This document shows, piece after piece, positions 1-8,995 of a DNA stretch of 36,254 nucleotides. Every line of letters begins with the position of its first letter. Positions within the stretch are counted from its first letter, which is position 1. The DNA is taken from the sequence record SRR31156797_5121. One strand, given 5' to 3'. The notes under the pieces are model-generated. The model saw only the letters and a list, made by a program, of their open reading frames with translations. It was not told where the DNA came from and did no database searches. The position numbers and the translations under genes were made by a program.

Positions 1-41
1 ACACGCCTTGCTGAAATTCGCTTTTTATAAAAGGAGCTACC

Positions 42-311
42 ATGACAATTCTTATCGGAATCACTCAGGAACCTGAGAAAACAGCAAAACATTATTGCGC
101 AAAATACAAGGAAGCCCAGGAAACCACAAATATAGTGGGTCCCTTCTGGTCAGCAGAAGAAGCATCGAAATGGATGGAATTCATTAAAGCACGTACAAAT
201 GACTATGCGCATGTACTTAATCCTTCACCTTTTTTCGAAAAAAAATACTGGTATGGGTTCACTTGCGAATGTATTGAACCCAGAGAAATCAGCCTGCATC
301 TGGCTCTCTGA
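42..311 (+). CDS. Hypothetical protein (89 aa)
   Basis: Clean ORF with AGGAG RBS at 31-35 before the ATG; no recognisable domain. Confidence 0.7.
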   Translation: MTILIGITQEPEKTAKHYCAKYKEAQETTNIVGPFWSAEEASKWMEFIKARTNDYAHVLNPSPFFEKKYWYGFTCECIEPREISLHLAL

Positions 312-490
312 TCAGCCCCCCTGCTTACATGCCCGAAGCAACGACCTTCTACATATAAAACAAAATAAAAACATATGACATTTTTGGATACATCAACATG
401 GAGGATGGATGACAACAACATGCTGACGCAATGGGTCGCCCAAGCGACACAACACTCACCATAGTGCTTTACGACTTAATACGACGAGGG

Positions 491-2449
491 ATGATGGACA
501 CCTTTTTACTTTCACTTACTGTTTTACTTGCCGGTGGACTGTTTGCATTGCTCACCTGCAGACTGTTCAGATTGATGAAAACCGGTTATATCACTATTAC
601 TACAGTCGGCTGTATGATTGGCTTATACGCAATCATAGGTCCCTTGCAAGGAATAGAGACAACAACGTATTCCATATCATGGCTACAGATACTCACACTT
701 TCTTTTTCTATTGATCCACTTTCTGCTTTTTTCCTGATACCCATATTTGCTGTTTGTCCACTTGCCGTAATCTACAGTTTTCATTACATGAACAAAGCTG
801 ATCAGAGACAACGTATTGCGGTTAATTATTTCTTTTTGACCTTGCTCATTATTGGGATGGCCCTGGTTGCCACTGCAGATAATATTATCAGCTTTGCTCT
901 GGTCTGGGAGATTATGTCGCTCTCCTCTTTTCTGTTGGTTATTTATGACTATCATGAAAAAGAAACTCGCAAAGCCGGCTATATCTATTTTATTTTTGCC
1001 CAGGCCGGAGCGATGTTTATTTTTGCATCTCTTGCCCTTGCTTACAGTTATAGCGGCTCCTATAGCTTTGCCGCGTTTGCAGATATTCCCACCAATATTA
1101 AAATAATTGTTTTCTTTCTCGCTCTTGTTGGCTTTGGCTCAAAAGCCGGTATGTTCCCCCTCCAAATGTGGCTTCCACATGCTCATCCGGCAGCGCCCAG
1201 TAACATTTCGGCGATTATGTCAGGCGTGATGATCAAAATGGGAATTTACGGCATCATTCGCTTCTATGCCATACTCGATTCTCCAGAATTGGTGTTTGGT
1301 GAGACTGTTCTCACTTTTGGCATGGTTTCAGGGGTACTGGGTGTTGTCTATGCTCTTGGTAAGCGCGATCTGAAAAAACTGCTTGCCTATTCCAGCGTGG
1401 AAAACATCGGCATTATCCTGATTGGTGCCGGTATCGGTATGATCGGCCTGGCAGCAGGCAACATGGAGATGGCAAGTTTTGCCTTTGCCGGCTGCCTGCT
1501 GCATGTACTCAATCATTCTATCTTTAAGTCATTGCTGTTTCTTGGTGCAGGGGTTGTGCTGCAAAAAACAGGAATCAGACATATTGATCAGCTCGGCGGT
1601 ATTATCAAGCGAATGCCGAAAACGGGAAAGACCTTTTTAACAGGATCAATTTCCATATCCGGTTTGCCCCCATTCAACGGTTTTGTCAGTGAATTTCTTA
1701 TCTATTTTGGTGCTTTTCATGGGTTACGGCTCAGCGGATCCTCCTTTGTCTTTACCATGCTTGCCATTCTTTCCCTGGCCATTATCGGAGGTCTTGCGGC
1801 TGCCTGTTTTACCAAGGTCGTTGGTATCGTTTTTCTGGGCGAACCACGAACTGAGAAGGCTGCCTATGCACAAGAAGCAGGTCTGAGCATAACCATCCCC
1901 ATGATCGTTATGGCTGCCTCCTGCCTGATAATCGGCATTTTTCCTGCTCCATTTGTCAAAACGGCCTTCATGGCTTTGCAAAGTATCAAACCCCTCGTGC
2001 CTGTTGGGGCTGAAGAAGTGACGTTAATAACAGGCAACCTTGCTATGGCAGCACGTCTTTTTCTCGGTGTTATTATTTTTTCCATGCTGCTGCGCAAGGT
2101 GCTCTACCTCCGCAAAACAATCAGTCAAAAACCAACATGGGGATGTGGTTTCACTCAAGGAACAGTGAGGATACAGTATAGCGGTACATCGTATGCGATG
2201 AGTATCGTTGACTTTTTTCGACCGTTTGTTCGGGTAAAAACCAGGTATTCGGGAATCAACAGAATTTTTCCAAGCCGGACGACCTATAAGACCAAGGTTG
2301 AAGATATTTCTGAAATAGCATTGGTTGACCATCTTGCCATTCCTTTCCTTTATTTTCTGAGGAAACTCCGCTGGATTCAGCATGGACATATCCAGCTGTA
2401 TATAGGCTATATCATAGTGGCAATTGTTGCCCTACTGCTGTTTGTCTGA
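491..2449 (+). CDS. hyfB: Antiporter-like membrane subunit (HyfB/NuoL-M family) of a Hyf/Ehr complex
   Basis: Polytopic; motifs WEIMS, GFGSKAG..P...WLPHAHPAAPS, LAYSSVENIG, HSIFKSLLF, GLPPFNGFVSE, C-terminal TWGCG; GAGGG RBS before ATG 491. Confidence 0.9.
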   Translation: MMDTFLLSLTVLLAGGLFALLTCRLFRLMKTGYITITTVGCMIGLYAIIGPLQGIETTTYSISWLQILTLSFSIDPLSAFFLIPIFAVCPLAVIYSFHYMNKADQRQRIAVNYFFLTLLIIGMALVATADNIISFALVWEIMSLSSFLLVIYDYHEKETRKAGYIYFIFAQAGAMFIFASLALAYSYSGSYSFAAFADIPTNIKIIVFFLALVGFGSKAGMFPLQMWLPHAHPAAPSNISAIMSGVMIKMGIYGIIRFYAILDSPELVFGETVLTFGMVSGVLGVVYALGKRDLKKLLAYSSVENIGIILIGAGIGMIGLAAGNMEMASFAFAGCLLHVLNHSIFKSLLFLGAGVVLQKTGIRHIDQLGGIIKRMPKTGKTFLTGSISISGLPPFNGFVSEFLIYFGAFHGLRLSGSSFVFTMLAILSLAIIGGLAAACFTKVVGIVFLGEPRTEKAAYAQEAGLSITIPMIVMAASCLIIGIFPAPFVKTAFMALQSIKPLVPVGAEEVTLITGNLAMAARLFLGVIIFSMLLRKVLYLRKTISQKPTWGCGFTQGTVRIQYSGTSYAMSIVDFFRPFVRVKTRYSGINRIFPSRTTYKTKVEDISEIALVDHLAIPFLYFLRKLRWIQHGHIQLYIGYIIVAIVALLLFV

Positions 2450-2489
2450 AACCCGGCAACACAATTCTCACTCATATAAAGAGGTAAGG

Positions 2490-3407
2490 ATGGAAACATA
2501 TATATCATTTGCACTAGCCGTATTAACGGCACCACTTTTTCCGGGAATCATCCTAAAAGTGAAAGCTTTTTTTGCCGGGAAAAACGGTCCGCCACTTCTT
2601 ATGAAATACTATACCCTTATCAAACTGTTAAAAAAGGGTTCAGTCTACAGCACCAGTACTACATTTATTTTCAAACTAGGACCTATCATCTCCTTGGCGT
2701 CAGCTCTTACGGTACTGGTCTTCTTCCCCTTTGCAGGTCACGCGCCACTGCTTTCGTTTCATGGTGATGTCATTATTCTTTTTTACATAATGGGAATAGG
2801 ACGTTTTTTTACTGTCATAGCAGCACTTGACACCGCTTCTCCCTTTGAAGGGATGGGAGCTGCACGTGAGGTTTTTTTCTCAACCCTGGCAGAAGTTACT
2901 ATCTTCACGGTTTTGATACTCTTTTACAGAATCAATGGTTCTCTAAGTTTGAGTTCATATTTCACAGGTGATGCTCCTATCACCCTTATGGGGCAATCAG
3001 GAGCCCTACTGCTGCTGGTTATTATTGCGATGTTCATGGTTCTGCTTGCAGAAAATTCTCGGGTACCAGTCGATGACCCTGCAACACACCTTGAACTGAC
3101 CATGATCCATGAGGTCATGATTCTCGATCACAGTGGCCCGGACCTTGCCCTTATTGAGTTGGGAGCGTTCTACAAACTGCTCTTTTACGCGGCCTTTATC
3201 ACCCAGCTCATTTTCCCATTTTCCTTGCTGGATGGAATTGCGGGAGGAGCGATATTTTTTTGTACTCTCTCTCTTATCTACGTTTTCGTTGGTATAACTG
3301 AGTCGATCATGGCCAGGTTCCGAATGGATCTTGTTCCAAAATTCATCCTTACCTCCTTTGCCCTGGTTTTCTTTGCAGCCATACTCACCATGGGGGTCTT
3401 TCAGTGA
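2490..3407 (+). CDS. hyfC: HyfC/NuoH-like membrane subunit
   Basis: ALDTASPFEGMGAARE and ENSRVPVDDPATHLELTMIHEVMILDHSG motifs; GAGG RBS before ATG 2490. Confidence 0.9.
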   Translation: METYISFALAVLTAPLFPGIILKVKAFFAGKNGPPLLMKYYTLIKLLKKGSVYSTSTTFIFKLGPIISLASALTVLVFFPFAGHAPLLSFHGDVIILFYIMGIGRFFTVIAALDTASPFEGMGAAREVFFSTLAEVTIFTVLILFYRINGSLSLSSYFTGDAPITLMGQSGALLLLVIIAMFMVLLAENSRVPVDDPATHLELTMIHEVMILDHSGPDLALIELGAFYKLLFYAAFITQLIFPFSLLDGIAGGAIFFCTLSLIYVFVGITESIMARFRMDLVPKFILTSFALVFFAAILTMGVFQ

Positions 3408-4057
3408 TAAACATTACCGAATTAATACTTGTTGTTACACTTCTATCAGTCCTTTTGTCTCTTGGCTCAACTCGGCTGATGGTACTCGTCAGAATCATGG
3501 CACTCCAGGGAGTAATGGTCTCGCTTACGCCACTGTTCTTGAAAAGCCACGCATCACTGGAAAGCGGTGCAATCATTTTTTTCCAGATCATGACCCTGAT
3601 CAAAGGCCTGCTCATTCCCGGTCTCTTATACATGGCTGTAAAGCGGGTAAAGATCAAACGTGAGATTGAACCGTTTATTGGTTATCACGCTTCTATCCTC
3701 AGTGGTCTTGTGATCATTATAGTCTCTGTTTTCATAACCAATAATCTTCGGCTCTCCCTTCCTGCAGGTCACTCCATGGTGCTCATAACAGCCATTACAA
3801 CAATGGCTTCCGGATTTTTTCTAATGATGGCCAGAAGCAAAGCTATCACCCAGGTCATCGGTTATTTAATGTTGGAAAACGGTATTTACCTTATAGGCAC
3901 CGCACTCACTGACCACCGACACACGATTTATGTTGTTGAGTTCGGTGTCCTGCTGGATCTGCTTGTTGGTGTGATGGTGATGGGCATTATTCTGCATAAC
4001 ATCAACAGCGCTTTCAGTGATGTCGATACCACTTTACTCGGACGCTTAAAGGACTGA
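3404..4057 (+). CDS. hyfE: HyfE-like membrane subunit
   Basis: LQG, KGLLIP, QVIGYLMLENGI and EFGVLLD motifs; GTGA overlap with hyfC. Confidence 0.88.
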   Translation: MINITELILVVTLLSVLLSLGSTRLMVLVRIMALQGVMVSLTPLFLKSHASLESGAIIFFQIMTLIKGLLIPGLLYMAVKRVKIKREIEPFIGYHASILSGLVIIIVSVFITNNLRLSLPAGHSMVLITAITTMASGFFLMMARSKAITQVIGYLMLENGIYLIGTALTDHRHTIYVVEFGVLLDLLVGVMVMGIILHNINSAFSDVDTTLLGRLKD

Positions 4058-4061
4058 TACC

Positions 4062-5489
4062 ATGATTGAATTTGTATTCTTACTGCCACTAGTCGCAGGA
4101 GGCGCCGCTCTGGCACTGCCTACAAGCATGGGCAGAATGCTATTGTGCATTACCGCACTTCTCCATTTCCAGTTAACCATTATGATCTGGATGGGTAAAC
4201 TCACTCCTGCATTTCCAAAATTTTTCAGTGCTTCGCCAGAAGGGCTACTGATTTTACTGGTTACCTCCTTTATCTTTATATGCATTTCGATCTACTCGTT
4301 TTCCTATATGAATGAGTCTGAAGTTGAGAATAAACCGGTTTTCTGCTGCTGTATGCTGCTCTTTCTCGGAACCATGTCCATGGTAACGCTTTCTGAACAC
4401 CCCATAGTCCTCTGGATCTCCATTGAAGCGACAACACTGGTCAGCGCCCCCTTAATTTTTATCCACCGCTCCGAAGAGGCGCTTGAAGCAACCTGGAAAT
4501 ATGTACTGATCTGCTCGGTAGGAATTGCCCTGGCCTTGCTCGGCTGCTTTTTCGTTACCCTTGCCATGGATCTCGGCAATATCGAAGCTCCACTTTCGTT
4601 TACGTCCCTTAATACTGTGGCAATGCAGCTGGATCCAGTATGGCTGAAAGCTGGATTTATCTTTGTGGTTATTGGGTTTGGTACCAAAATGGGCCTTGCG
4701 CCAATGCATACCTGGCTGCCGGATGCGCATAGTCAGGCACCTAGCCCCGCGTCTGCGCTTCTCTCGGGAGCATTACTCAACTGCGCCTTTCTCGGTATCT
4801 ACAAGATGCATGTCCTGATGAATGTCGCAGGCCTTGGCGACTTCTCCGGTAATGTATTAATTGGCTTCGGGCTGGCATCCATGCTTGTTGGCGGTGTTTT
4901 TATTATCGGCCAGCCGGACTACAAACGGATGCTTGCCTATTCGAGTATCAAGAACATGGGGGTTATTGCCTTTGGTATCGGAATCGGTGGTTTTGCAATG
5001 TATGGTGCCTTTCTCCACCTGATTCATCACTCATTGCTTAAATCATCTCTTTTTCTCTCTGCCGGTAATATTTTGCTAGGTTTTGGCACAAAACGAGTTC
5101 TGGGAGTAGGCAATGTTATCCGGAAACTGCCAAAAACGTTTGTATCATTTTTCGCAGGATTTATTGGCATTGCTGGACTACCGCCTTTTGGGCTGTTTAT
5201 CAGTGAAGTTATCATTGTTATCGGTGCATTCCAACAACAGAGGTATATCAGTATCGGCTTGTTCCTCTTTGCTCTTGTTCTTGTCTTTGCCGGCGCAGGA
5301 CGTGTTTTCATGTCCATGTCATTTAGCGAAAACAACCGAAAAATACTGGTACAGGAAAAGACTCTCCGGCTCGCTGCCCCTTATCTCTTATTAGCAGCTT
5401 CCTTTGCTCTGTGTATTTGGATGCCGGATGTCATTTATATCGCAATTACAGATGCAATCCAAACTATTGGAGGTGCAATTCATGGATAA
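4062..5489 (+). CDS. hyfF: HyfF-like antiporter subunit
   Basis: EATTLVSAPL, ALEATWKY, GFGTKMGLAPMHTWLPDAHSQAPSP, HHSLLKSSLF. Confidence 0.9.
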   Translation: MIEFVFLLPLVAGGAALALPTSMGRMLLCITALLHFQLTIMIWMGKLTPAFPKFFSASPEGLLILLVTSFIFICISIYSFSYMNESEVENKPVFCCCMLLFLGTMSMVTLSEHPIVLWISIEATTLVSAPLIFIHRSEEALEATWKYVLICSVGIALALLGCFFVTLAMDLGNIEAPLSFTSLNTVAMQLDPVWLKAGFIFVVIGFGTKMGLAPMHTWLPDAHSQAPSPASALLSGALLNCAFLGIYKMHVLMNVAGLGDFSGNVLIGFGLASMLVGGVFIIGQPDYKRMLAYSSIKNMGVIAFGIGIGGFAMYGAFLHLIHHSLLKSSLFLSAGNILLGFGTKRVLGVGNVIRKLPKTFVSFFAGFIGIAGLPPFGLFISEVIIVIGAFQQQRYISIGLFLFALVLVFAGAGRVFMSMSFSENNRKILVQEKTLRLAAPYLLLAASFALCIWMPDVIYIAITDAIQTIGGAIHG

Positions 5490-6993
5490 TTTCATAAAAA
5501 TAGAAAACGGTAAAGCAATTCAACGAGCTGCAATCCCTGAGGTCTCTTTTGACCTGTTTTTTAAAAGCATTTCCCAATTTGTTAAGGACGACGGATTTAT
5601 TGTCCAGTTCTTTGCCTATGAGGAAAAAAGTGCCTACAAACTACTGGCTGTTGTGCGCAACACCAATCTCTATGCAATAGGTACAGAAATAGGTAACAGC
5701 TTTCAATCGTTTACCAGATCTGTCAGCGAAAAATTCCACATGTTTGAACGGGAAATTGCTGAACAATTCGGCCTCAACCCTGACGGGCACCCCTGGTTGA
5801 AGATGGTTCGCTACCATGAAAACTTTACCGATGAGAAGGACGTATTTGGCAATGACTATGCAGTCGACATCCCTGGTAATTATCCGTACTTCCAAGTGAA
5901 TGGAGAGTCCATCCATGAAGTCGCTGTGGGTCCGGTACATGCAGGTATTATCGAGCCAGGACATTTTCGATTTCAATGCGCTGGGGAAGAAGTTCTTCAT
6001 CTGGAAATTCAGCTCGGCTATCAGCATCGCGGCATCGAAAAAATGCTGCCGACCTTGCCGCACAAACGGTATCCGACCATCTGCGAATCCATTGCCGGTG
6101 ATACAACAATTGCCCATAGCCTCTGTTTTAGTCAGGCTTTTGAAAGCCTTGGGGGACAAAAAGTTGACAAGGGCGCACGAATTGTCCGCTCGATTGCTTT
6201 GGAACTGGAGCGGCTCTGCAATCATATAGGGGACCTTGGAGCATTGAGTGGTGATGTTGCCTTTAACCCGCCAGCTGCCTATTTTGGCAGAATCAGGGGA
6301 GAATTCCTTAATCTCTTGCAGGTATTGAGCGGTAACCGTTTTGGAAAAGGCCTTGTCAGGCCCGGTGGTGTAACCCATGTAATGGTGGATGAACAACGAC
6401 AGCTAATCCGCGACAAGCTCGCCGAAATCACACCGGAAATTGTACATGTCTGTGATTTGCTGTTTGGTGCCCCTACTGTTTTGGCAAGATTTGAGCACAC
6501 CGGAACAGTCGAACATGGCATGGCTAAAGATATCGGCCTGGTAGGTTATGCAGGCAGAGCCTGTGGCATCGCGTATGATGCAAGAGTAGCATTTCCCAAT
6601 GAATGTTACGGGGAATTGCCTGCCAACAGCAACGCAGTAACCAACGGCGATGTGAACAGCCGGGCGGAAGTGCGACGAGAGGAAATTATGCATTCCTTAG
6701 AACTCATCAATATACTGCTCGACAAGACGGAAACTACGGCAGGCGAAGTACATATGCAAGACTGTACTCTCAACCCCAATTCGTTTGTAGTGACCATCAA
6801 CGAAGGTTGGCGAGGAGAGGTTTCCCACTGCATTCTTACGGATACTGATGGCAAAGTACAACGCTACAAGATCAAAGATCCATCATTTCACAATTGGACG
6901 GGGCTGGCCATGTCGCTTCGCAATCAGGAAATATCTGATTTTCCGCTTTGCAATAAGAGTTACAATCTTTCCTACTGCGGATTTGATCTATAA
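5482..6993 (+). CDS. Fused NuoC/NuoD-like large subunit (HyfG-like, EhrL type, no NiFe ligands)
   Basis: FEREIAE, GHPW, GPVHAGIIEPGHFRF, HRGIEK, ELERLCNH, EGWRGE, KIKDPSFHNW; GGAGG RBS; no RxCGxC or DPCxxC. Confidence 0.88.
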   Translation: MDNFIKIENGKAIQRAAIPEVSFDLFFKSISQFVKDDGFIVQFFAYEEKSAYKLLAVVRNTNLYAIGTEIGNSFQSFTRSVSEKFHMFEREIAEQFGLNPDGHPWLKMVRYHENFTDEKDVFGNDYAVDIPGNYPYFQVNGESIHEVAVGPVHAGIIEPGHFRFQCAGEEVLHLEIQLGYQHRGIEKMLPTLPHKRYPTICESIAGDTTIAHSLCFSQAFESLGGQKVDKGARIVRSIALELERLCNHIGDLGALSGDVAFNPPAAYFGRIRGEFLNLLQVLSGNRFGKGLVRPGGVTHVMVDEQRQLIRDKLAEITPEIVHVCDLLFGAPTVLARFEHTGTVEHGMAKDIGLVGYAGRACGIAYDARVAFPNECYGELPANSNAVTNGDVNSRAEVRREEIMHSLELINILLDKTETTAGEVHMQDCTLNPNSFVVTINEGWRGEVSHCILTDTDGKVQRYKIKDPSFHNWTGLAMSLRNQEISDFPLCNKSYNLSYCGFDL

Positions 6994-7031
6994 CAAAATG
7001 ACCCGCGCTGAGCTACATACAAGGTTTTATT

Positions 7032-7775
7032 ATGCTGAAAGTACTAAAAAACAAACTAGAACAGGGAAACAAGACCTCCTCCTACCCTAAAGAGCCGATT
7101 TCTCTCTACCATCGTTATAGAGGATTGCCTGTTATCAACTCAGGGTGCAGCAATGAAGTCGCAATGCAGTGTGCACGTCTTTGTCCTCAAGAGGCTATTG
7201 ACCCCGAAGAAAAAACCATTGACCTGGGACGGTGCACATTTTGCGGTCAATGCGAATCAGTGGAAAATGGTGCATTTGTCAAATTCAGTGAAAATTTTGA
7301 TTTAGGCACTTCAAGGAGAGAAGATCTGATTACAAGTGGAACCTTGCCTATTTTAGCTGATCACTCAAAACAACATTTCAAAAAACTTTTCGGCCGATCC
7401 CTGCAACTTCGCCAGGTCTCTGCAGGAGGCTGCAATTCCTGTGAGGCAGACACCAACGTACTCAATACACCGTTTTTTGATCTTTCGCGTTTTGGTATCG
7501 ATTTTGTCGCATCACCGAGGCATGCTGACGGCATCCATGTTACCGGTCCTATTACACGCAATATGAAACAAGCGCTTATCGACACGTACGATGCTGTGCC
7601 ATCGCCAAAGGTCGTTATAGCCAGCGGCTGCTGTTCGATTTCAGGCGGACCTTTTTTTGGAAGTGAAGAGATTCTCGGCGACCTCAATAAGCTGTTTTCG
7701 GTGGATCTTTATATTCCTGGGTGCCCCCCTCATCCACTGACAACTCTGCACGCATTACTGCAATATTTCAAATAA
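7032..7775 (+). CDS. NuoB/HyfI-like small subunit with N-terminal ferredoxin-like domain (EhrS type)
   Basis: GGCNSCE, ASPRHADG, GCC, YIPGCPP; N-terminal CARLCP and CTFCGQC. Confidence 0.88.
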   Translation: MLKVLKNKLEQGNKTSSYPKEPISLYHRYRGLPVINSGCSNEVAMQCARLCPQEAIDPEEKTIDLGRCTFCGQCESVENGAFVKFSENFDLGTSRREDLITSGTLPILADHSKQHFKKLFGRSLQLRQVSAGGCNSCEADTNVLNTPFFDLSRFGIDFVASPRHADGIHVTGPITRNMKQALIDTYDAVPSPKVVIASGCCSISGGPFFGSEEILGDLNKLFSVDLYIPGCPPHPLTTLHALLQYFK

Positions 7776-7795
7776 AGGTTTTCCACTCTTCCTGA

Positions 7796-7829
7796 TATTA
7801 TCAGCTACGCTTTTGCGTAGCTGATAATA
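7796..7829. terminator. Perfect 15-bp hairpin after the Ehr operon, between convergent genes
   Basis: TATTATCAGCTACGC-TTTT-GCGTAGCTGATAATA; no strong U-tract. Confidence 0.6.
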
Positions 7830-7941
7830 CAATCACGTGTACTCCTCTTGGTAAATCCAGAGAATTAAAACGTGCCAGTCACAGGGCTAACGCAATAACT
7901 TTGGGTATATCCATTGCCAGAGAAATCAACGACACCAGGAA

Positions 7942-8328
7942 CTATTGCAATTCAATTTCATCAGCACCAATCAAGGCAAGAGCCTTATCAACACTAAACG
8001 AAACCAGGAATCTTTCGCTGCTATCATCACCTTAAGTTGCTCTCCTCGATAGAGAATCGATGACTTCTTTATCTTGAACTTCCGAAATCTTAGTGAGATA
8101 CAGCCTCACCCCTTTAAAACCGTGTTCATGTTCGATAAAGAGATAGCTGGCCTTACTATTTTCTTGCAGATTATTTCTCGTCAGTTTATCCCGCATGATA
8201 AATGCGACTGTATTTTTGCCGGTCACATGTGGCTGAGCATAAACAGCACTGTTTACCTCACCCTTTGTATTAGATGTTGAAATAACCCCAACCCCTGCTT
8301 TTCCTGAAAAATAATTCTGCAATTTCAT
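7942..8328 (-). pseudogene. Pyridoxamine 5'-phosphate oxidase-like FMN-binding protein with an in-frame TAA
   Basis: GVISTSNTKGEVNSAVYAQPH...FIMRDKLTRNNL; after TAA (8032-8034) the frame continues GDDSSERFLVSFSVDKALALIGADEIELQ to TAG at 7942-7944. Confidence 0.7.
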
Positions 8329-8481
8329 ATGTATTCACCATGTATATAGCGTGTTAATATACATACTAAATGTGATAACTCCAATACTGGCAGTCGTTTG
8401 CCTATGATAATACATTAAGTGCACCAACCTGACATGCAACGGGAGTAAAGATATAGCGAGATAACAGCAAAAACTATCATT

Positions 8482-8991
8482 TCACGTCGACTTAGCGGCA
8501 AGGGAACTTTTCTCCGATACAACACTAAAATACATGACAGTGGGCCACAGAAGAGCCCAGATGAGTGAAAGAGTAAGCAATGAAGGAAGTAAATCATAGG
8601 TGAAGGTTGCCGCACCCAAGCGAGCACCGGCCCAGTACGCAACAGGCCCGCCGATTGCCCCAAAAAGCATGGCAAGTAATAACCTCTGCTGCAACCAGGC
8701 AAGGCTATGATAGGGCGTGATAGCAAGCGCCAACCATATAACCATCAACCAGAATGGTATTGGAAAACCAGTTACAGTGAAACTGATAAAGCCTATTTGG
8801 TGCAGGGTTCCATCCACAAGCAGACCAACAAACAACAGGAACCCCATCATCCGCAAGTCAGCCCCGCGCACAGGCGAGAAAACCAGATGGATAAACAGTA
8901 ATAAAATGCCACCTAATGCTCCGCTGGTTCCCCCCAGGACAGAGAGGAGCCAAATTGCCTGATAGATGATAACATTGATCAGGATCTTCAT
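8482..8991 (-). CDS. DUF2878 family membrane protein
   Basis: NVIIYQAIW, PFWLMVIW, SLAWL, GGPVAYWAGARLGA; last gene of the cfa operon. Confidence 0.8.
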   Translation of the reverse strand: MKILINVIIYQAIWLLSVLGGTSGALGGILLLFIHLVFSPVRGADLRMMGFLLFVGLLVDGTLHQIGFISFTVTGFPIPFWLMVIWLALAITPYHSLAWLQQRLLLAMLFGAIGGPVAYWAGARLGAATFTYDLLPSLLTLSLIWALLWPTVMYFSVVSEKSSLAAKST

Positions 8992-8995
8992 TGCT

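Noticed and set aside
5641-6396. 251-aa antisense ORF, and the many shorter ORFs overlapping called genes
   Set aside because: Shadow frames of well-supported genes, with no motifs of their own
5482-6993. Functional [NiFe]-hydrogenase / formate hydrogenlyase
   Set aside because: Both Ni-binding CxxC motifs are missing and there are no maturation genes
8032-8034. Selenocysteine or pyrrolysine readthrough
   Set aside because: The stop is TAA, not TGA or TAG
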